Virus record (IMG/VR): IMGVR_UViG_3300037067_004608
Location: 32,001 to 96,000 of that record
Origin: a virus
Lineage: Duplodnaviria > Caudoviricetes
Length of the DNA stretch: 64,000 nt
Strand: one strand, 5' to 3'
The position numbers and the translations under genes are program-made. Shown in pieces: positions 42,176-52,353 of this stretch (positions are counted from its first letter, which is position 1; every line of letters starts with the position of its first letter). Under the pieces are notes generated by a model. The model was not told the origin of the DNA. It searched no databases and saw nothing but the letters and a program-made list of their open reading frames with translations.

Positions 42176-42494
42176 TTAGGCTGTTAGGTAGCGGTTCCGT
42201 GAGTTCACCGCCATCCTAGGTATCAGCGAGAAATATCAATATCGGTTCATAATGCTTCTAACAGCCTAACCTTTTCAACAATTTAGCAATCGAACACTAC
42301 ATGCTGCACTTCGGTCGGGAGAGCATTGTTCCTGTAAGGCCCAGGTAATACTGATTGTAAAGGAACTGTCGTAGAAGATTGCTATTCTATGGCTTTTAAT
42401 AGTCATAGAAAACCAGGGACATTGGGTTACCCTGTGGGACGCCACAAGGGGCCTGGGGCCATAAGCAAACTTCTCATTGGCAATGTTCCTGGTT
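42176..42494 (+). ncRNA. Structured RNA(s) downstream of tmRNA
   Basis: TTAGGCTGTTAG/CTAACAGCCTAA (42176-42269), TAGCAATC/GATTGCTA, TTCTATGGCT/AGTCATAGAA, AACCAGGGACATTG/CAATGTTCCTGGTT. Confidence 0.5.
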
Positions 42495-42516
42495 ATTTCA
42501 CAAAGAAGGAAATGAA

Positions 42517-43497
42517 GTGATTATTAGTCAAACTCCTCTAAGAATCAGTTTTGCTGGAGGTGGAACTGATTTCAAGAGATACTATACAATTGGTGGCGGT
42601 AAAGTTGTATCTACTGCTATTGATAAGTTTGTCAAAGTTATTATACAAGAACGCTTTGATGATCTTATTGTTGTATCATACTCTAAGACAGAAGTAGTAC
42701 ACTCTGTAGAAGATATAAAGCATGATCTTGTAAGAGAAGCTCTTTTGATGACAGGAATCAAAAAGGGAATCGAAATCAAGACAATGTCTGATGTGTCTTC
42801 TGAAGGTTCTGGTCTTGGATCATCAAGTGCAATAACAGTTGGTCTACTAAATGCCTTCTTCACCTATCAGAACAAGAATGTCTCTTCAGATGATCTAGCA
42901 AGATTAGCTTGTATCATTGAGATAGACTATCTTGAAAACCCAATTGGGAAGCAAGATCAATATATAGCTGCTCATGGTGGAATAGCTGCAATTGATTTTG
43001 CTAGAAGTGGAGAAGTTTCTGTAGAGCAGATTCCTCTATCTGAATCAGACAGGTCTCTTCTTTCTGAGAACCTAATGCTGTTTTATACAGGTATGACCAG
43101 AAAGTCATCAGAGGTTCTATCTGACCAGTCGGCAAAGATAGTTGATAATATAGATGTGCTAAATCAGATGAAAGATCAAGCACAACTTCTTCACAGTAGT
43201 CTCAACAATGGAAATATAAATGCTGTTGGAGAGGCTTTACGAGACGGATGGGAACTCAAGAAGAAATTATCTGATAAAATATCAGTGAATATACTAGAAA
43301 GTCTAATTGGCGAAGCTATGAATGGCGGAGCTACAGGCGCTAAAATAGCAGGCGCTGGAGGTGGAGGTTTTCTACTTTTATATGTTCCACCAGAGAACAG
43401 AAGATCAGTTAGGGAAGCTCTAAAAGAATTGAAAGAACTTCCAATAACAATTGGTCAAGATGGAAGCAAGATAATTTTCAACTCTAGGAGAAGATGA
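42517..43497 (+). CDS. hddA: GHMP kinase, D-glycero-alpha-D-manno-heptose-7-phosphate kinase-like
   Basis: PLRISFAGGGTD, GSGLGSSSA, GKQDQY..A.GG, GAKIAGAGGGGF. Confidence 0.85.
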   Translation: MIISQTPLRISFAGGGTDFKRYYTIGGGKVVSTAIDKFVKVIIQERFDDLIVVSYSKTEVVHSVEDIKHDLVREALLMTGIKKGIEIKTMSDVSSEGSGLGSSSAITVGLLNAFFTYQNKNVSSDDLARLACIIEIDYLENPIGKQDQYIAAHGGIAAIDFARSGEVSVEQIPLSESDRSLLSENLMLFYTGMTRKSSEVLSDQSAKIVDNIDVLNQMKDQAQLLHSSLNNGNINAVGEALRDGWELKKKLSDKISVNILESLIGEAMNGGATGAKIAGAGGGGFLLLYVPPENRRSVREALKELKELPITIGQDGSKIIFNSRRR

Positions 43498-43750
43498 TGA
43501 CAAAAGTAAAACTTACTTACTTCAAAGAAAGTGGTAAGTATTATAGTGATGGAGAATATGAAACTGACCTCCAGGAATGGCATGATGTTATAAAGGACAT
43601 CAAGATAAAGCAAGAAGAAGGAAATCTACCAGGACTTGTTGAAGGTGGCGGTCAGGAGTTTATGATTCTGGTAAATACAGAGGGAATCGGGACTGCAGAT
43701 GTTCCTCATATTATACACCCTATTCCTCCCGAAAACCGGAGATACTAAAC

Positions 43751-43792
43751 CCCGTCTAACGATTGGAAGGCCCTGCAATCGCGTGAATTCAC
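43751..43792 (-). repeat. Palindromic element copy 7 (opposite to local transcription)
   Basis: Minus strand reads GTGAATTCACGCGATTGCA-N13-GTTAGACGGG. Confidence 0.9.
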
Positions 43793-43842
43793 TCGCCTTT
43801 TCCGCCCCGAAACGACCGAAACGACCGAAGGAGGAAAGGAAT

Positions 43843-44427
43843 GTGAAACTATCTATAATAGTAGTGCTATCACTAGTATTAGCATCAGATTGCTATGGGG
43901 AGAAGTTCAGAGTAACAAACTATGATGGCCCAACAACAAAAACTGCTAGTGGGCACAGAGCCAGATATGGAATCTGTGCAGCAGATTGGAAGCATCATCC
44001 TCCAGGGACAATAATCAAGTTAGATACTGGAGAAAGACTTGTAGTAGCAGATGTAGGCCCTGCAGTAAAAGGAAGACATCATATAGATAGATTCAACCCT
44101 TCTCACAAAATATTCCCAACAGTATCAAGGGGATATGTAGTGAGTAGAGGTGGACCTCACAGGAATAGAAAAGAGATTTATCAGTCTGTTCTTAAAGGTC
44201 TTGAGAAGAAAAAGCAATTAGACAAAGAGGCAAAGAAGAGATATTATGAACAGCTCAGAGAAAAAAGTTGTGATTCTCGGAGGGGGAATAGCAGGATTAC
44301 TAGCTGCCCTAGAAATGAGCGAAAGGATAAACCCAAGCCAAATAACAGTATTAGCAGCAAAGATAATGCTAGAAAAGCAGGGTCTACATTATCTACACGA
44401 AACACAAGAAACAAAAAGCCTAATTGA
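43843..44427 (+). CDS. Secreted 3D-domain protein (lytic transglycosylase-like)
   Basis: GTG start after GGAGGAAAGG; signal peptide; VTNY, TASG, AADW...PPGT, DVG.AVKG.HID. Confidence 0.8.
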   Translation: MKLSIIVVLSLVLASDCYGEKFRVTNYDGPTTKTASGHRARYGICAADWKHHPPGTIIKLDTGERLVVADVGPAVKGRHHIDRFNPSHKIFPTVSRGYVVSRGGPHRNRKEIYQSVLKGLEKKKQLDKEAKKRYYEQLREKSCDSRRGNSRITSCPRNERKDKPKPNNSISSKDNARKAGSTLSTRNTRNKKPN

Positions 44428-45295
44428 AAGATTGGGAATAAACTATAACAAGATAAAAGTAAAAGGAGCATTAGTAGACAGTGTTGGTATAATTAGGCCA
44501 TTCTCAGAGAATAGTCTTTCCATACAAGAACTCATAGATGCTGTCAAATCACACAATCTGAAGACAACTGGCATCCCTTGGTCTGGATCAGCAAGGTCTA
44601 TGAATAGTATCATAGATATAAACTTCAGCAAGAAGCAGCAGTATATGCTAGATCATAGCATTGAAGAAATAACAGAAGAACTCCTAAAAGTCATAGAAGC
44701 AAATGGAGTTAAAGTAATAATTGGGATGTCAGAGTTAATTCTACCAGGTAATAAGCGCATTCAATATGAGGCAAAGAGCCTATTAGAGTCTCTACCTTAT
44801 GATTATTTAATAAGCACTATTCCTCTTATAAAGCTGGTAGAACAAATTGTGTGGTCAAGTGAAGAACTCCCGTGTGTAGATCGTGGTTATTCAAATCTAA
44901 AGTCAGCTCCGATCTATACTAGACTTGTTGAGGGTGATAAAGTTCAGCCTGATCTACTAGAATATGACTTTGTATATAACCCATATGGATCAGGCTGGTA
45001 TAGAGCATCAAGAATAACTATGAACAAAAGTAGATATGTTCAATTTGAATTCTCTAGTAAATTATATGCTAATGATTTCAGAAGGATACCTGCTGAGTCA
45101 GAATTCAATTCATATGGACATATATACGCTCCAGACCCTAAGCCCGTTCTTACTATATTAGATCAGCTTGAGCGAAAGAGTATATATTGTATTGGAAGAG
45201 CGGGTAGATGGAATACTGGAGCTTTGGTGCAGCAAACATCAAAAGAAGCAAAAAGGACAGCAGAATGTATAGCGAATCAAATCAAGGATGAATAA
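44246..45295 (+). CDS. FAD/NAD(P)-binding oxidoreductase (UDP-galactopyranose mutase/protoporphyrinogen oxidase-like fold)
   Basis: VVILGGGIAGL, G.HYLH, YDYLISTIPL, C-terminal IGRAGRW. Confidence 0.7.
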   Translation: MNSSEKKVVILGGGIAGLLAALEMSERINPSQITVLAAKIMLEKQGLHYLHETQETKSLIERLGINYNKIKVKGALVDSVGIIRPFSENSLSIQELIDAVKSHNLKTTGIPWSGSARSMNSIIDINFSKKQQYMLDHSIEEITEELLKVIEANGVKVIIGMSELILPGNKRIQYEAKSLLESLPYDYLISTIPLIKLVEQIVWSSEELPCVDRGYSNLKSAPIYTRLVEGDKVQPDLLEYDFVYNPYGSGWYRASRITMNKSRYVQFEFSSKLYANDFRRIPAESEFNSYGHIYAPDPKPVLTILDQLERKSIYCIGRAGRWNTGALVQQTSKEAKRTAECIANQIKDE

Positions 45296-45298
45296 GAA

Positions 45299-46264
45299 TT
45301 GGATCAAGATAGACTAGATGAAATCTTTACTAGACAATCAGAGAACCAAGAATTATTCTCTGACTTTGATACACTTTCGGAAACAGAGAAGCAACTTTTA
45401 ACAGAGAGACTTCTTCACCACCTATATTCCGAAGGTTATTCTCTGCTTGAAAACCTTAATTGGAAACTCAACGTCTTAAAGAGGAAACCCCCTATTCTTT
45501 CTAATGTCCACATAGAGATAATAGACATGGCTAAATACATCATAGCTTTGGCTATTCTATGGGGATTAACCCCTGAAGAGTTCTTTGAGCAATTTATGCT
45601 CAAATCCGATGTTGTAGAAGAGAGATTCGAGAATGAGAAAACAAGACTCAAAGGAGAACTTATCCTCGCAGTCGACATTGATGGAGTCATCGCAGATTGG
45701 TTTGGAGGACTTCTTCTCTACGCAGAACAGCACTTTGAGAGAGAGTTTCATAGAGAGATGCTTGACAATCACCACATATCCGCTGTCAAGGCTTTTGACC
45801 TCACAAAAGCAGATGAAGAAGAACTTAAATCAGGATTTATTGAATCTGGAGGATATAGAAGTTTATTGTCCCTTGGAGGGCAAGAATCATTATGTAAGGC
45901 CAAAAGTCACGGTTACAAAATACTTCTTCTTACTTCCAGACCTGAGCGCCGACACAGAAGAATCCACGGAGACACAATAGATTGGCTACATTCTAGTGGA
46001 TACCAATATGATTTAATTTTCTTTGGTTTCAATAAGACAGATGTTATAGCAGAAGAAATTGAACCAGGGAAAATAACATACCTTGTTGAAGATAGAATTG
46101 ATAATGCTATCGCAGTTGCTAAGCATTATCCAGAAACCACCGTTCTTCTCATAAATCGCCCATACAATACTAACGTAACAGGTGATGAAAGATACACCAA
46201 TATCAAAAGAGTCGATAATTGGGAAGACATCGATCACATTATATTGGAGGAACACAAATGCTAA
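45299..46264 (+). CDS. Fusion of MazG/dimeric dUTPase-like domain and HAD 5'(3')-nucleotidase
   Basis: E...LL..L.WK......E.ID..KY, then AVDIDGVIAD, LTSRP, K, VEDR..N, RV.NW. Confidence 0.75.
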   Translation: MDQDRLDEIFTRQSENQELFSDFDTLSETEKQLLTERLLHHLYSEGYSLLENLNWKLNVLKRKPPILSNVHIEIIDMAKYIIALAILWGLTPEEFFEQFMLKSDVVEERFENEKTRLKGELILAVDIDGVIADWFGGLLLYAEQHFEREFHREMLDNHHISAVKAFDLTKADEEELKSGFIESGGYRSLLSLGGQESLCKAKSHGYKILLLTSRPERRHRRIHGDTIDWLHSSGYQYDLIFFGFNKTDVIAEEIEPGKITYLVEDRIDNAIAVAKHYPETTVLLINRPYNTNVTGDERYTNIKRVDNWEDIDHIILEEHKC

Positions 46265-47127
46265 TAAGTGGTAACGATGGTAGAGAAGAAGTTGTTCTAA
46301 CTCCTAAACAAGAGAAGCTTGTTGTTTACATTCGTCGCTTATATGACACACTTGGTGCACAAGCTACAGATGCAATCTTTAGCAGATGTGGAATAAGAGC
46401 TTTGCTAAAGGAGAAGTCTCAGGTTGATACGCACGAAGAGAAAATGAAAAAAAGAAGAGAAAGGAAGAAAGCAAAAGAAGATGATGATCCAATAGCTGCT
46501 CTACTTGGAAGATTAACAGAAAGTGATCAAGAAGATGAATGCAGCTGTATAGGGTGCAGAGCAAGGAGAAGTAGCACACACAATTATCTTTGGGTAACAG
46601 ATTCTATCCAAGATTCGATAAGGCACGATATGGGAGATCTGTTTCTAAAGACTCCTCCTGCTCTTGGAAGAGAAGTCCTAGTTGGCATATTTACAAAGGC
46701 AATGGCACTTGGATATGTTCTAGGTAGAGATGAAAAGAAGATAACATCTGGAAAGTATGATGCAGAACTTGACCAGATAGATCGTCTGAATGCAGTAAAT
46801 AACCTAGACAAAATGCTTGAGTCAACTGAAGGGATGATGAATATAGAAGGAGACTCTCCAATAGCACAAATGGTGTCGATGGCTTCTGAAGAGGCAAGAG
46901 AAGTCATAAAGATAATGAAGAAGTTTATCTTGAATGCAATAATACCTCCTGGTGAGGTTCACCACATAGCTTCTTCTATCCAGCAAGACCATATGGCTAG
47001 TAAACTTCCCTCATTCTTAGGTGGAACAGGAGAACCATTCAGCATCACTGAGAGACTCGAAGAGTGCCTATCAGAAAGAGAGCAAAGCATAAAGCGTCTA
47101 AGGGATGCATTGGAGCAAAAACAATAA
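46258..47127 (+). CDS. Hypothetical protein
   Basis: GGAGG RBS before MLISG; long ORF coupled to dnaE-N. Confidence 0.65.
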   Translation: MLISGNDGREEVVLTPKQEKLVVYIRRLYDTLGAQATDAIFSRCGIRALLKEKSQVDTHEEKMKKRRERKKAKEDDDPIAALLGRLTESDQEDECSCIGCRARRSSTHNYLWVTDSIQDSIRHDMGDLFLKTPPALGREVLVGIFTKAMALGYVLGRDEKKITSGKYDAELDQIDRLNAVNNLDKMLESTEGMMNIEGDSPIAQMVSMASEEAREVIKIMKKFILNAIIPPGEVHHIASSIQQDHMASKLPSFLGGTGEPFSITERLEECLSEREQSIKRLRDALEQKQ

Positions 47128-48287
47128 TGGAGAACTTCGTCCACCTTCACGCTCACACAGAGTTTTCTGTTCTTGATGGGTTTGGTCTATTGACTAAGAT
47201 TGTACAAGCAGCAAAGGAAAAGGGATTCCCTGCTCAGGCAATAACAGATCATGGAACAGCATCAGGAGTATTACAATTTCACAATCTATGTAGAAAGGCA
47301 GATATAAAACCTATTCTTGGTTGTGAGATGTATTTTGTTGATGACTGTAAAGTAAAACCAAGAACAAAAGATGAGATACAAGCCCTAACTTTGCCTTATG
47401 ACAAAGAAACACAAAAAGTTATAAAGGCAAAGATCAAAGAAGAAGACAAGATAAAGAAAAAGAGAGACCATATAACAGTTCTTGTTAAGAATGAAATTGG
47501 ATATAAGAACTTGATGAGTTTAGTCTCAGACTCTTTTTTGATAGGTTCAATAGAAGGTGGATTTGGAAGAATGATAGGCAGGGCAGATTGGAGCCTTCTG
47601 GATAAATATAGAGAAGGTCTTATACTAATGACTGCCTGCACAAGTGGAATACTCGCTAGACCTCTTATTGATGTAAAAGAGGAAAATAGTAAAGAGTTCA
47701 AAGAAGCATGCTGTAGAGCAATGAGACTCAAAGATATGTTTGGCGATGACTTATACATAGAGATAATGCCATTAGATATGCCAGACCAAAAGAAGGCAAA
47801 TGTTGGTCTTGTAGGCATAGCAGATCAGATGGGCATAAAAATGGTAGCAACAAATGATTGCCATTATATCTCTAAAGAAGATTATGGTTCTCACGATGTT
47901 CTTCTGTGTATACAGCAAAATAAAGCTCTTGATGATCCAGATAGATGGTCTTTTGATGTTAAAGACTTATATATGAAAACAAGAGAAGAAATGCGGAAGT
48001 CTTTCTTAGAGAGGCATCAAGATATACCAGAAAGAACTATTGAGATAAGTCTCGACACAACTCTTGAAGTTGCAGAAAAATGCGATTTCACTTTTCCGCG
48101 ATGCGAACCAAGACTACCAAACATAGAGATAAGTGAATATCAAGATTATCCAGAGTTTAGAAATTGGCAGAATGATGGTGGAGTTCTAGGTCTAAAGGAT
48201 AATCTGGATGAATTTGCTAGGAAAGTTATAGAGGAGAAGGAGCTTGAGAAGGTAGAAGAACTGTCCAAAACATCGAAAGGGGTATAA
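47127..48287 (+). CDS. dnaE: DNA polymerase III alpha, N-terminal PHP domain (split gene, part 1)
   Basis: FVHLHAHTEFSVLDG, AITDHG, KPILGCE, GYKNL, TAC..G, ATNDCHY. Confidence 0.92.
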   Translation: MENFVHLHAHTEFSVLDGFGLLTKIVQAAKEKGFPAQAITDHGTASGVLQFHNLCRKADIKPILGCEMYFVDDCKVKPRTKDEIQALTLPYDKETQKVIKAKIKEEDKIKKKRDHITVLVKNEIGYKNLMSLVSDSFLIGSIEGGFGRMIGRADWSLLDKYREGLILMTACTSGILARPLIDVKEENSKEFKEACCRAMRLKDMFGDDLYIEIMPLDMPDQKKANVGLVGIADQMGIKMVATNDCHYISKEDYGSHDVLLCIQQNKALDDPDRWSFDVKDLYMKTREEMRKSFLERHQDIPERTIEISLDTTLEVAEKCDFTFPRCEPRLPNIEISEYQDYPEFRNWQNDGGVLGLKDNLDEFARKVIEEKELEKVEELSKTSKGV

Positions 48288-48289
48288 TT

Positions 48290-48760
48290 ATGACAAAACA
48301 GAATTTGGGAATTGTCGGTGTGCTTCTTCTCGTAGCAGTAACAGGAACATATCTTGTTACTACAGGAATAACAAGAGCTTCTGCAGCACCAATCCAGCTT
48401 ATGGAAGGGCTTACTGCTGAATGGCAAGACGGTGGCTGGAAAATAGTAAGCACCCTCATTGATCCTGGAACAAAAGAAGGAACACAGATAACTCTAACTG
48501 CAGAAGCAGTGTACTATCGTGATGGAAGCGAAGTCCCAGAGTTATCAGTATCAGAGCCAGTTATTCTTACTGTTGGCAAAAGCGAATATAAGAAAGTATG
48601 GATGACAAAAGAAGCCATACCATCAACACTAAAAATAGCTGCTGAAACAGAAGGCTCTGGTGGTGCAGAAATAACAACTGACGGTAAACTCAAATGGTGG
48701 GTTACAACTAACAATGATGGAACAGAAAGAAGTTTCACATTTAAGTTAGTTTTGAAATAG
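48290..48760 (+). CDS. Secreted or membrane-anchored beta-rich hypothetical protein
   Basis: N-terminal hydrophobic segment and ASA cleavage-like site. Confidence 0.65.
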   Translation: MTKQNLGIVGVLLLVAVTGTYLVTTGITRASAAPIQLMEGLTAEWQDGGWKIVSTLIDPGTKEGTQITLTAEAVYYRDGSEVPELSVSEPVILTVGKSEYKKVWMTKEAIPSTLKIAAETEGSGGAEITTDGKLKWWVTTNNDGTERSFTFKLVLK

Positions 48761-48769
48761 GAGAAACAA

Positions 48770-49075
48770 ATGGGATTGATAATCTTCTGCCTTCTCGCTT
48801 CTGCATCAATGGGTCTTATGGCCAAGCAGAGAGACACAATCCTTTGTGGAGACCTTCGTGATGCATTCCACAAACAAGGTGAATTAGTAGCAGATATGAG
48901 ATCAATACTAATTCAGCTTCAAGCTGCGAAAAACGAAAAATCAGAACTTGTCAGGAAACTCAAAGTTATAGCAGCATTCGATGAACTAGAAAAGTTTTCA
49001 AAGAAACATCCAGAAGAGGTAATCCTTTGGCCAGAACAGATGTCTACGACAACAAAAGAGTTGACGCAAGAGTAA
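48770..49075 (+). CDS. Small membrane-anchored coiled-coil protein
   Basis: AGGAG RBS, hydrophobic N-terminus. Confidence 0.6.
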   Translation: MGLIIFCLLASASMGLMAKQRDTILCGDLRDAFHKQGELVADMRSILIQLQAAKNEKSELVRKLKVIAAFDELEKFSKKHPEEVILWPEQMSTTTKELTQE

Positions 49076-52000
49076 CAAAAGAACAGTTAGCTGGAACTGA
49101 ACGACTAAGTGTCAAACTTGGAGATGACCATTTAATTGGCGCTGGTAACTTTCTGGCAGAATTACCAGAAGATCAGAAAATAGCATATGATGACATGTTT
49201 GAATTTATGCTTTTTCATATAGAAAAAGGATGGTTCAGAAAACTAGAAGGGAGAGTCCCAGAGGATAGGCGAGAAGATTATATGAAAAGGCTCAAATTTG
49301 AGAGCTTTGAAATATATCGCCTTGGTTTCGTTAAATATGTTCTAATAGTCTGGGACATATGCCAATATGCCAGGAAAATGGAAATACCGTTCAATGCTAG
49401 AGGATCAGCTAACGCATCTCTAGCATTATATTGTCTTGATATCATTAGCTTGGACCCTATGGTATCTGGTCCAGGTGGTGAGTCTCTTATATTCACGAGG
49501 TTTATATCTCCAGATAGGATTGACTATCCTGATATTGATCTTGACTTTGCAGATATCAGGAGGCCAGAAATCAAGGAATACTTGAATATCAAGTATGGAG
49601 AAGAATGTGTAGCAGAGATAGGAACTTTCATAACAATGAAGGGTAAGCAATGTCTACAAGATATTGCTAGAGTAAGGAAGATTTCAAAAAGAGAAACATC
49701 TCAGGTTTCAGCACTTATTGTACAAAGATCAGGTGGAGATGCAAGAGCGGACTTTACAATTATGGATGCTTTTACAGCATTCCCTGCCTGTATATCATAC
49801 CGAGAACGATACCCAGAAGCAATAGAGGATGCTGTTAAATTAGAAGGACAGATACGAGGGCAGGGAGTTCACGCTTCAGGAGTTGTTGTAAGCAATAGAC
49901 CATTAAGAGAAGATATACCACTTGGTGTAAAGAAAGATGGAACAAAGGTAGCAGGATTCGAGATGAAAGACACAGACTCTATGGGTCTGTTAAAACTCGA
50001 TATTCTTGGCCTGAGAACACTAAGGGTTATAGCAGAAACAGTTAAGTTAGTCAAGAATAGACACGACTTCACAATTTGTACATGCCAAGGGTGCAAAAAG
50101 GTAAATGAGATAGCAGAAAAGAAGAAACTTAGGATACAGAGTTTGCTTTCTCATATGTCTACTACAGATCCAATGCGAGCATATTGGGAAGAAGAACTCA
50201 AAAATGTCAAGCCTAATCTCGATGTCTGGTTTGAGGATATAGACTACGATGATCAGGAAGTATTCAAACTCTTCCAGGAAGGATATACTCTTGGGATATT
50301 CCAATTTGAATCTAAAGGTTTCCAAAAGCTCTCAAGACGAGCTAAACCGAGGTCGGTCATTGACCTCGCAGACCTTAATGCGCTCCATCGCCCTGGCCCA
50401 ATTCGGTCAGGAATTATGCATGAGTGGTTACTTAGACGATCAGGGAAAAGCGATAATGTCCCAGTACATCCCTTCTACGATAAAGCCACCTTGGGAACCC
50501 AAGGTCTTATGCTCTACCAAGAACAAATAATGGGAATTGTCCACGATGTAGGTGGATTTGTCTGGTCAAAGACAGATATTATGCGCAAAGCTATATCAAA
50601 GTCTGTTGGCGAAGAGTTCATGAGAAGATTCAAAGTAGACTTTGTAGCAGGTGCTGTAGAGAGAGGTATGGCAGAAGCAGACGCTGGTAAAGTATTTGAC
50701 CAGATAATATCATTTGGATCATACTCATTCAACATGGCCCACGCTTCAGCTTATGCATACTTAGCATATCGCTGTGCTTTCCTAAAAACGTATTATACAA
50801 CAGAGTTTCTACTTTGCGAAATCAATTCCCTTGGCTCCACTGATGACAAGATTCACAATCTAATACAGGAAGCAAGGCGTGTTGGAGTTCCTGTACATCT
50901 TCCTGATATAAATAGAAGCAATGTTACATACTCTCTTGGGCAAAAAAGCATGAGAGCAGGATTCAGCTCTATAAAAGGAGTTGGACCAAAAGCAGCACAA
51001 AATCTTATAGACAATCAGCCATACAAAGACTGGAATGACTTCAGAGAAAGAATAAACAGAAGACAAGTAAATAGCGGAACAATTTCAGCTTTAGTATCTT
51101 CTGGAGCATTCAAGAGTATGTATCCAAATACAAGAGTCCTTCTTGAGAACCTCCCTGTTCTACTTGGAGGAAAGCAAGAGATGATAGATTCAATACTTGA
51201 GATAGCTCAGCACACTGATCTTGAAGCATATCCACCTTACACTGAAAGGGAAGAAACAGAACTTCAAATGGGAGTTCTTACTCTTCCAACAGAAGTAAAT
51301 CCTCTTGACTTCTATAAAGATGTCTACGAAGCTATTGATGACAGCCTTACTATAACTCCAATATCAGAATTGGATACAGAAACAAAAGGCTCTGTAATTC
51401 TGAAGGCAGTTATGAACAGTGTTAGTTATGGCTATCGGCAAGCAGGCAAAAAGGGAGATAATGAGGATGATGTTGATGAAGAATATAAAGGTGGCGCCTA
51501 TGTAAATCTTGATGATGGAACAGACTTCATAATGGGAGTATTCAATCCTGCTGTTTATGAGAGATACAAAGTATTTCTTGAAACAGCAGAAGGGTCGGCA
51601 GTTCTTGTAAAAGCTCGGAAAGGAAAGAATTCAGACAAAATAGACATAGATGATGTAACTGTCCTTTCAGAGTTTCAAGAGAATTTGAAAGCAGGAAAGC
51701 ACTCGAAGTTTGAACAATACTTATTGAATCCTCCTCTAAAGAAATACAAAGACTTAATTGAGTCTATGAAACTTTCTTCTATTGGAGATGTTGTAGACTC
51801 TCTTCCAAATGCTAAGAAAAGTGAACAAATGCGATTTGTCGGAGTCATCTCAAATCTTAGAGAACATAGAACTAAACATGGCGGACTAATGGCATTTGTT
51901 GCACTTGATGACAATCAAGATAGTGTTGAGCTTCTCGTTTGGCCAGAGGGATATGCAAAGTTCAAAAAGCACATAGTTCTAGGAGAACCCGTAGCAATAA

Positions 52001-52131
52001 AAGCTCACAAACTCGATCCAATGCCAGGAGGAAAAGACTACAAGCTGCAACTATCTGCAGACCAAGAAGATAAGGTGTATTCTTTATCTGCTATACAAGA
52101 ATACAATGAGAGAAAGGCAAGTGGACAATAA
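49027..52131 (+). CDS. dnaE: DNA polymerase III alpha, catalytic/HhH/OB domains (split gene, part 2)
   Basis: RGSA..SL..YCL.I, F.RF.SP.R..YPDIDLD, HASGVV, LLKLDILGL, GIFQFES, YQEQ, YSFNMAH, IKGVG. Confidence 0.95.
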   Translation: MARTDVYDNKRVDARVTKEQLAGTERLSVKLGDDHLIGAGNFLAELPEDQKIAYDDMFEFMLFHIEKGWFRKLEGRVPEDRREDYMKRLKFESFEIYRLGFVKYVLIVWDICQYARKMEIPFNARGSANASLALYCLDIISLDPMVSGPGGESLIFTRFISPDRIDYPDIDLDFADIRRPEIKEYLNIKYGEECVAEIGTFITMKGKQCLQDIARVRKISKRETSQVSALIVQRSGGDARADFTIMDAFTAFPACISYRERYPEAIEDAVKLEGQIRGQGVHASGVVVSNRPLREDIPLGVKKDGTKVAGFEMKDTDSMGLLKLDILGLRTLRVIAETVKLVKNRHDFTICTCQGCKKVNEIAEKKKLRIQSLLSHMSTTDPMRAYWEEELKNVKPNLDVWFEDIDYDDQEVFKLFQEGYTLGIFQFESKGFQKLSRRAKPRSVIDLADLNALHRPGPIRSGIMHEWLLRRSGKSDNVPVHPFYDKATLGTQGLMLYQEQIMGIVHDVGGFVWSKTDIMRKAISKSVGEEFMRRFKVDFVAGAVERGMAEADAGKVFDQIISFGSYSFNMAHASAYAYLAYRCAFLKTYYTTEFLLCEINSLGSTDDKIHNLIQEARRVGVPVHLPDINRSNVTYSLGQKSMRAGFSSIKGVGPKAAQNLIDNQPYKDWNDFRERINRRQVNSGTISALVSSGAFKSMYPNTRVLLENLPVLLGGKQEMIDSILEIAQHTDLEAYPPYTEREETELQMGVLTLPTEVNPLDFYKDVYEAIDDSLTITPISELDTETKGSVILKAVMNSVSYGYRQAGKKGDNEDDVDEEYKGGAYVNLDDGTDFIMGVFNPAVYERYKVFLETAEGSAVLVKARKGKNSDKIDIDDVTVLSEFQENLKAGKHSKFEQYLLNPPLKKYKDLIESMKLSSIGDVVDSLPNAKKSEQMRFVGVISNLREHRTKHGGLMAFVALDDNQDSVELLVWPEGYAKFKKHIVLGEPVAIKAHKLDPMPGGKDYKLQLSADQEDKVYSLSAIQEYNERKASGQ

Positions 52132-52353
52132 TGAGTTCAGAGACTCCTAAACCAAGAGAGTTTCCATTACCAAATGGTTGTACTTTATTTGTTGTAGATA
52201 ACAAAGAAGTTGGAGGTAGACAATATATCTCTGATGAGATTGGAGGAGGAGTCCCTGTCTGGAATACAGCACTTGTAGATTCATCCACTTTGATAGCTGC
52301 ACTAAACGTAGAGAACACAATTGAAATAGAGGAGTTACATGAAAAAAGAAAAA

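Noticed and set aside
42198-42208. CGTGAGTTCAC as a ninth palindrome copy
   Set aside because: One core mismatch, no GCGAWTGCA extension or N13 box, and no CA/TG-free flanks.
43807-43829. CCGAAACGA x2.5 tandem repeat
   Set aside because: A single short local duplication within an element flank, not seen at other copies.
48200-49200. Split intein joining the DnaE halves
   Set aside because: No intein N-terminal block or C-terminal HN/C motif at either junction.
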